Shown here: positions 60,700-64,000 of the stretch, one piece after another
Numbering within the stretch: position 1 is the stretch's first letter
Layout: the number at the start of each line of letters is the position of its first letter
Notes under the pieces: model-generated
Told to the model about the DNA's origin: nothing
What the model saw: only the letters and a program-made list of their open reading frames with translations
Database searches by the model: none
Translations under genes and position numbers: made by a program
Origin: Hemiscyllium ocellatum
Lineage: Eukaryota
Direction: 5' to 3'
Assembly: GCF_020745735.1 (NCBI RefSeq)
Contig: NC_083417.1
Span: 15,748,001-15,812,000 of the forward strand
DNA: 64,000 nt

Positions 60700-61070
60700 A
60701 GGGGATATCTGATTGTAACCTGCAAAATACTCAGAGGCCTGGATACAGTGGATGTGGAGAAGATGTTTCCACAAGTAGGAGAGACTGGGACCTGAGGGTA
60801 CAGCCCCAGAGTGAAGGTTCAACCCTTTAGAACTGAGATGAAGAGGAATTTCTTCAGCCAGATAGTGGTTAGTCTATGGAACTCATTGCTGCAGAGGGCT
60901 GCGGCAGCCAAATCGCTTGTGACAGAGATAGATATGTGCTTTGTTAGGAGGGAGATAAAGCAGAGAAGGCAGAAGAATGGAGTTGAGAACCTGTCACCCA
61001 TGATCAGTCACCCATGATCAACTACCTAATTGGCTGATTGACCTAATTCTGCTCCTATATCTTATGGTCT
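60700..61070 (+). mobile_element. CR1 3' end
   Basis: FRTEMKRNFFSQIVVSLWNSL; tail tatcttatggtctt. Confidence 0.8.
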
Positions 61071-61519
61071 TAAATTGTTGACCTTAGCCATCATTTCACT
61101 GATGATTGAAAGTATACTGATGGAACATCAATTGACCGTGTTGAATTTGTCCTATTTTTTGTCAACAGGACATATCTGGGTAGTTTTCCACAATGTCGAG
61201 TAGATGCCAATATAGTAGCTATACAGGAACAGCTTAGCCAGGGGTGTATCATATTCTGGAGCACATGGTCTTCAGTTGCCAGAATGTTGTCAAGGTCCAT
61301 AGCCTGTTTCCTGACATCATGATTTTGAAACAAGTGCAAGAGAGATGGCTACGGTTTGTCAGCACACTTCCACAGTGACTCCATGCTTCCAGGTGATAGC
61401 AACGATGAGCATAAAAAAAATGAAGAATGTACTAAGCACAGGCACCTGACATTTCTCAAAAAAATGTCCAAATAGATGGAGGTAACTAAGACCATAGGCA
61501 TTGGCATAGACTGGACAAT

Positions 61520-62830
61520 CCTCAACTCCACTTTCCTGTCTTATTCCTATAATCCTTGATTCCCTTACTGATTAAAATTCTGTCTGTCTCAACCTTGAAC
61601 ATAGTCAACCCAACAATTCTGAGGTAACAGGTTACATAGGTTGATTACATTCCAAAAGAAAACAATTCCTCCACATCTCCTTCTTAAATGGGTGACCCCT
61701 TATTCTGAGGTCATGATTCTCCCACAAGGGGAAAACAACCTCTCTGCATCTACCCTGTTATATGTTTCAGGGTCTCCTCTCATTCTTCTAAACTCCAAAG
61801 TGTACAGGCTCAACCTACTCAATCTCTCCTCATAAGAAAATCCTTCCATTTTTGGAACCATCCAAATGATTCTGTACTGCCTGCAATGCTAATCTATCTT
61901 TCCTCAGATAAGGGGACCAATACTGTACACCGTATTGTAGATGTGGTCTGACTAGTTACTTACATAGTTTTAGCAAAATCTCCAATTTTGTATACTGCAT
62001 TCTCTTTGAAATAAAGGCCAACAGTCCATTTATCTCCACTGTTACCTGTCATACTTGAATACTAGCTTTTTCTGATTCACGCACACAGGATCCCTCTGTG
62101 CTGTCATGTCCTGGAGTCTTTCTCCATTTAAATAACATTCAATTTCTCTGTGCTTTTTGTCAGTGTGCACGTCCTCACTGTTCCCCATTTATACACCATC
62201 TCCCAAGATTTGTTTTCTCACTTATTCTTTCTATCCCCTTCATTATTCTCTGTGTCATCCTCATTATATACCTTCCCACCTGTATTTGTGGCATCCACTT
62301 CCATCATCCAAATCATTAAAATATATTGTAAATAATTGTTGCCTCAGCACTGATCCTGTGATACTCTGCTAGTTATGGAAATGTCTCCAATATCACAAGT
62401 CACTGCTTTCTGTTAGCGAGCCAATCCTCTGTCTAAGCTAATATACTATCTCCAACACTATAAACTCATCTGGTTCATTAGTCTAACGTACAGTACCTTA
62501 TCGAATGCCTTTTGGAAATTCAATATATTGTATTAATTGGTTTCTCCTTAATTTATCCTGCTTGTTAGCTCCTGAAAAAAATTGTCAGCTATGATTTTTT
62601 CCTTCATGAAGCCATGTTGACTCTGCTTGACTTAGTATTTCTAAATGCTGCACTAGTAATGCTTTCTAATAGACTCTTAATGACAGATGCTAAATTAATT
62701 GGCTTATAGTTAATCAGTGTTTGACCTCCTCTCTTTTTGAAGGCAGGTGTGACTTTGGAAATTTTCCAATTGTCTGAGACTTTGCCCGCATCTTGGAAGA
62801 TTATTATCAATGCATCCATTACCTCCATAG
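61520..62830 (-). mobile_element. Old CR1 RT/3' region
   Basis: Minus ORF WKISKVTPAFKKRG...NYKPINLASV; reverse FQKAFDKV (ccttatcgaatgccttttggaa). Confidence 0.75.
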
Positions 62831-63534
62831 TCACTTCCTTTAAGCTATTGGTGTCAACATAATGGTTACAATGTGATAGATACATGCCAAGTCAAGGTGG
62901 GCCAGTATGTAAAAGGTTTATCCCACAGTAAATAAAGTGTTTTGGGAGGAATTTGTAAACTTACATGTTGTGACAGCCATGCATTTGCTCTCGCTCAGAT
63001 CTCAAAGTGGTATGTTCACTATCTCCAGTACTTTTATTGGGGAAGAAGGGAGGGAATCATGGTACTTGCAATAAACATTCAAATTAATTGTCTGAATTAT
63101 GATACTTAAGTGATGTACATGAGAATTTTCATAATTTGAAGACATCATCGCATGAAATAATTGTAAACAGAAGAAAATCTTCATCTTAACAAGAAACACA
63201 CATCTTTAAAACCTGTTTTTTTTTCCCACTACAATGCCATTGTCTATTTTTAGTTGGAATAACTACTTTGGTGCATAACTCAACTGTTCACCCCAGGTTT
63301 GAATCTGGTCTGTATTCAAATTGTTGGCCTCAATAGGATGATACGGGCAAGAGAAAAAAGACCGACCAAGGATTCCCTTCCTGATCAGTGATGCCCCTTG
63401 TGAAAGATATCAGTTCAAGAATGTGTCTCAGTGCCACCTCCTCAAGAGTGACAAGGGATGGCCAGCATTGGCTATGATACCCACAGCCAGCAATGCCCTC
63501 ATCCTATTAATAAAAAAAATTATACTTTCCTTAT

Positions 63535-63885
63535 TTTTTCATGGGCTGTAGATGTCACTGACAAAACCAGCATTTGTTGCCCAGTTGTCCTTTAATGGAA
63601 GGATTGAATAGGGTAATTTTAGATTCAACTACCTTACTGTGGGTCTGGACTCACATGTAGGCTAGATCAAGCATGACAACAAATTTCTTTCCCTAAAGGA
63701 TGTTCAAGAACTAGATAGGTTTCTACAACAATTGGTCATCATCACTATTACTGAGATTAATTTTCAGTTTCACAGCTTTATTAATCAGATTTAAATTCCT
63801 CCAGCTGTCAAGATTGGATTTGACCCAGGTCCCTCAAGCATTACTTTAGGTTACCAGATTATAATCCCATTTAACCACCATCTCC
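63535..63885 (-). mobile_element. tRNA-derived SINE (family of 12303-12865)
   Basis: gtgggtctggactcacatgtaggctaga...tttctttccctaaagga...ggatttgaccca. Confidence 0.7.
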
Positions 63886-64000
63886 CCTGTGTACATCATG
63901 GCAACCTCTTGTTGGGTCAGCCACCTACTAATTTTCACTAATTATGGAGACCAGGATTGGACAGTTTGTGAACATTTTTTTTCACTTGTTTTGTATGCCT

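Noticed and set aside
1-64000. Host protein-coding exons, Ig/TCR segments or prokaryote-type systems
   Set aside because: No recognisable non-TE protein motif, RSS pair or CRISPR array seen; small exons could be missed by eye.

Overview
This is eukaryotic, repeat-dense, apparently intergenic DNA from a cartilaginous fish. The repeat complement (HE1-type V-SINEs, Deu-domain SINEs, HER1/CR1 LINEs and a characteristic Penelope-derived short repeat) suggests a shark, probably a bamboo/epaulette-type carpet shark; this is an inference. No intact host protein-coding gene can be supported. Essentially all listed ORFs are fragments of retroelements or antisense/chance frames, and bases 1-460 may be the end of an upstream 3' UTR. 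The window holds: (i) many CR1 LINE fragments, including a long copy with ORF1 esterase at 29.9-33.8 kb and an ORF2 copy at 35.3-37.7 kb; (ii) two Penelope-like elements (a Neptune-type RT+GIY-YIG copy at 2.5-5.3 kb and a GIY-YIG fragment at 53.7-54.4 kb); (iii) several solo LTRs; (iv) a decayed PIF/Harbinger transposon with a Myb/SANT exon; (v) Rex1, RTE and L2 remnants; and (vi) a LINE that appears to begin with the same tRNA-derived head as its partner SINE. The most striking hidden layer is RNA-level. About a dozen minimal type-I hammerhead ribozyme motifs (CUGANGA-stem II-GAAA-palindromic ACGU/AGCU-UH) from three Penelope-related families are present. Most sit in short, TSD-flanked, often fold-back (inverted-repeat) insertions whose breakpoints cluster just upstream of the ribozyme core. 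Hammerheads in Penelope-like elements are established knowledge; the specific architectures here are what merit checking. A second theme is repeated short-range duplication of 100-770 bp segments that span repeat junctions. Coordinates were read by eye and may be off by a few bases.
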